Origin: Hyaloraphidium curvatum SAG 235-1
Taxonomy: Eukaryota; Fungi; Monoblepharomycota
Assembly (NCBI GenBank): GCA_025558095.1
Contig: JAIVFI010000015.1
Span: 310,001 to 374,000, forward strand
Direction: 5' to 3'
DNA length: 64,000 nucleotides
Of this stretch, positions 62,701 through 64,000 are shown one piece after another. The position numbers and the translations under genes are program-made. The notes below the pieces were generated by a model. The model searched no databases. It was not told where the DNA came from and saw only the letters and a list, made by a program, of their open reading frames with translations. How positions within the stretch are numbered: position 1 is the first letter of the stretch; each line of letters begins with the position of its first letter.

Positions 62701-64000
62701 GCCTTTGCGACGATCCGCTATCAACCGAAACTGCCAAAAATGCTCGTCTCGCGGTTCCCCTCACCGCCGACCAGGCGCTTGATCTCCACCACGCACGCAA
62801 CCACTTTTGGGTTGTTGCGGATGGCGAGGTGGCCCGGAAGGTCAAGGCGGCCGCCTCGGACCTCGTGCTGTGGTCAAGCGAGAACGTCGGACCCTGGCGG
62901 GGCGCGCTTCGGGCTCGGAACATTGACGTGCCCACGGGCGATGGCGCGGCAATCCTGGGCTTTCGGAATATGAGCAGTTTGATGCTCGCCCCACTGCGCG
63001 CTGGGTACGACGTGGACTGGCTCCGGAGCGGCACGTGGTGGGTTTCGGCTCGAACGGCGCATGGTCGATGGATGATTCTCAACAGGAAGGCGCCCGACAG
63101 GCAAGTTCTCGGGGAACGCATCGTCACCTCGTTCGCCAGCAAGAGGGCACTTTCCCACGATGCCCGCCTTTTCCCCGCACTGCACGATACGGAGGCATGG
63201 CTCAAGGTTCGCCAAATCGCGCAAAGCTTCGGTGAGGCCGTCTCCACCGCGCACATTGCCGACCGCCTCACCAGGCACCTCAGACGGATGGTTCAAGGAC
63301 TCTGACAAGATCACGTTCGCCGCGGCCCTCGACACGACCCCCCTCCTGCCCATCACCGACATCCCTCGCCGACCGACCAGCGCCGGCGCAGGCAACATTG
63401 CAGCCACCCTGGGGCAACCTTCTTCGGCGGGATCGACGGAGCCTACCAAGGAGCACGTGGTCGTGGAATCTTCCCCGGGCCCGGCCACCGCGAGCCCCGG
63501 TCCTGCGGCGCGCAGCCGAGTAGCGGCGACCCCGGATCCCGCAAGCCCAACCCTGTCGGGTTCACCGAGCGCCCAGGAGTGCTGGACTGAGGACGGCGCC
63601 TGCGCCGCCTGCGGAGTCTCGAAGGTGCTGGTCGGCAAGACAAGGCATCGCAGCTTCTGCACCGAAAAGGTGCGGCGCTTCGTCTCCGCCACGATGCGCG
63701 CGGGAAGGCCGAGCAGCGACTACGAGGCGAAGGTCAGGTCAGCTCTTTCATGTCAGTTGCTTTACTCACGCTGCGTTTACTCCAGATCTCTACCACGGCC
63801 CACGGCAGGCCGGTGCAGTCGGCTGTTTTGGACCACCTGCGGCACATCCTAGTCCGCGAGTTCGAGGCCGAGGCACACACCGAGAAGCTCCGCAAGGAGC
63901 TGGGCCTCGCTATGGGAATGTTTCAAAGGCACTGGGTCGGGGAGCGCAGCTACGTCCTGGACACGGCCACCGTGTCCAGAATGGCCACCATGGGTACGAG
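56784..64000 (+). CDS. Very large multi-exon orphan protein (>1,900 aa, runs off window): coiled coil, internal ubiquitin-like domain ending RGRGG, duplicated FGSY helical domain, C2HC zinc finger
   Basis: From ~57405 the exons join in frame without stops through about 14 canonical-length introns (e.g. 57847-57912, 58664-58717, 59207-59261, 59438-59498, 59892-59953, 60941-61017, 62060-62118, 63232-63274). Exon structure 56784-57405 is ambiguous. Confidence 0.7.
60962..60999. repeat. ~19-bp tandem duplication in an intron, duplicating the branch-site region
   Basis: CCTCACAACACCCCGCTGA occurs twice; the intron is ~77 nt versus the usual ~58 nt. Confidence 0.85.

Overview
Eukaryotic, GC-rich DNA with short (~45-65 nt) spliceosomal introns carrying CTGAC/CTAAC branch sites. 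Gene content (CRIB-containing WASP, eIF3m, DUF4112, YAK1) suggests an early-diverging, chytrid-like fungus (inference). Bases 1-49,000 are a very compact block of ~23 mostly conserved genes: GatA, DUF4112, RNase H2A, PIG-X, Dbf4, a PLEKHM2/nischarin-like PH protein, a PPR-like protein, Rvb1, eIF3m, WASP, Prp18, NSRP1, Bud31, Msh2, Rrp6, Sec17, Chd1, Yak1, Hub1, Cct2 and a cytochrome-b5 steroid-binding protein. Embedded in this block are two divergent paralogues of an apparently undescribed architecture: a catalytically dead archaemetzincin fold with an intact Cys4 zinc site, a disordered linker (AT-hook in one copy) and a C-terminal beta-grasp-like domain. One of them needs a 2-nt micro-exon to build a conserved Cys. 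From ~49,000 onward the sequence is accessory/rearranged: an IS630/Tc1-type transposase with DD57E spacing abutting an orphan spliced gene, a 20-bp-period repeat array, several truncated gene fragments, and a >1,900-aa multi-exon orphan gene running off the window with an internal ubiquitin-like domain ending RGRGG and a UBZ4-spaced zinc finger. Exon boundaries were inferred by eye and family assignments are from motif recognition; no database search was run.
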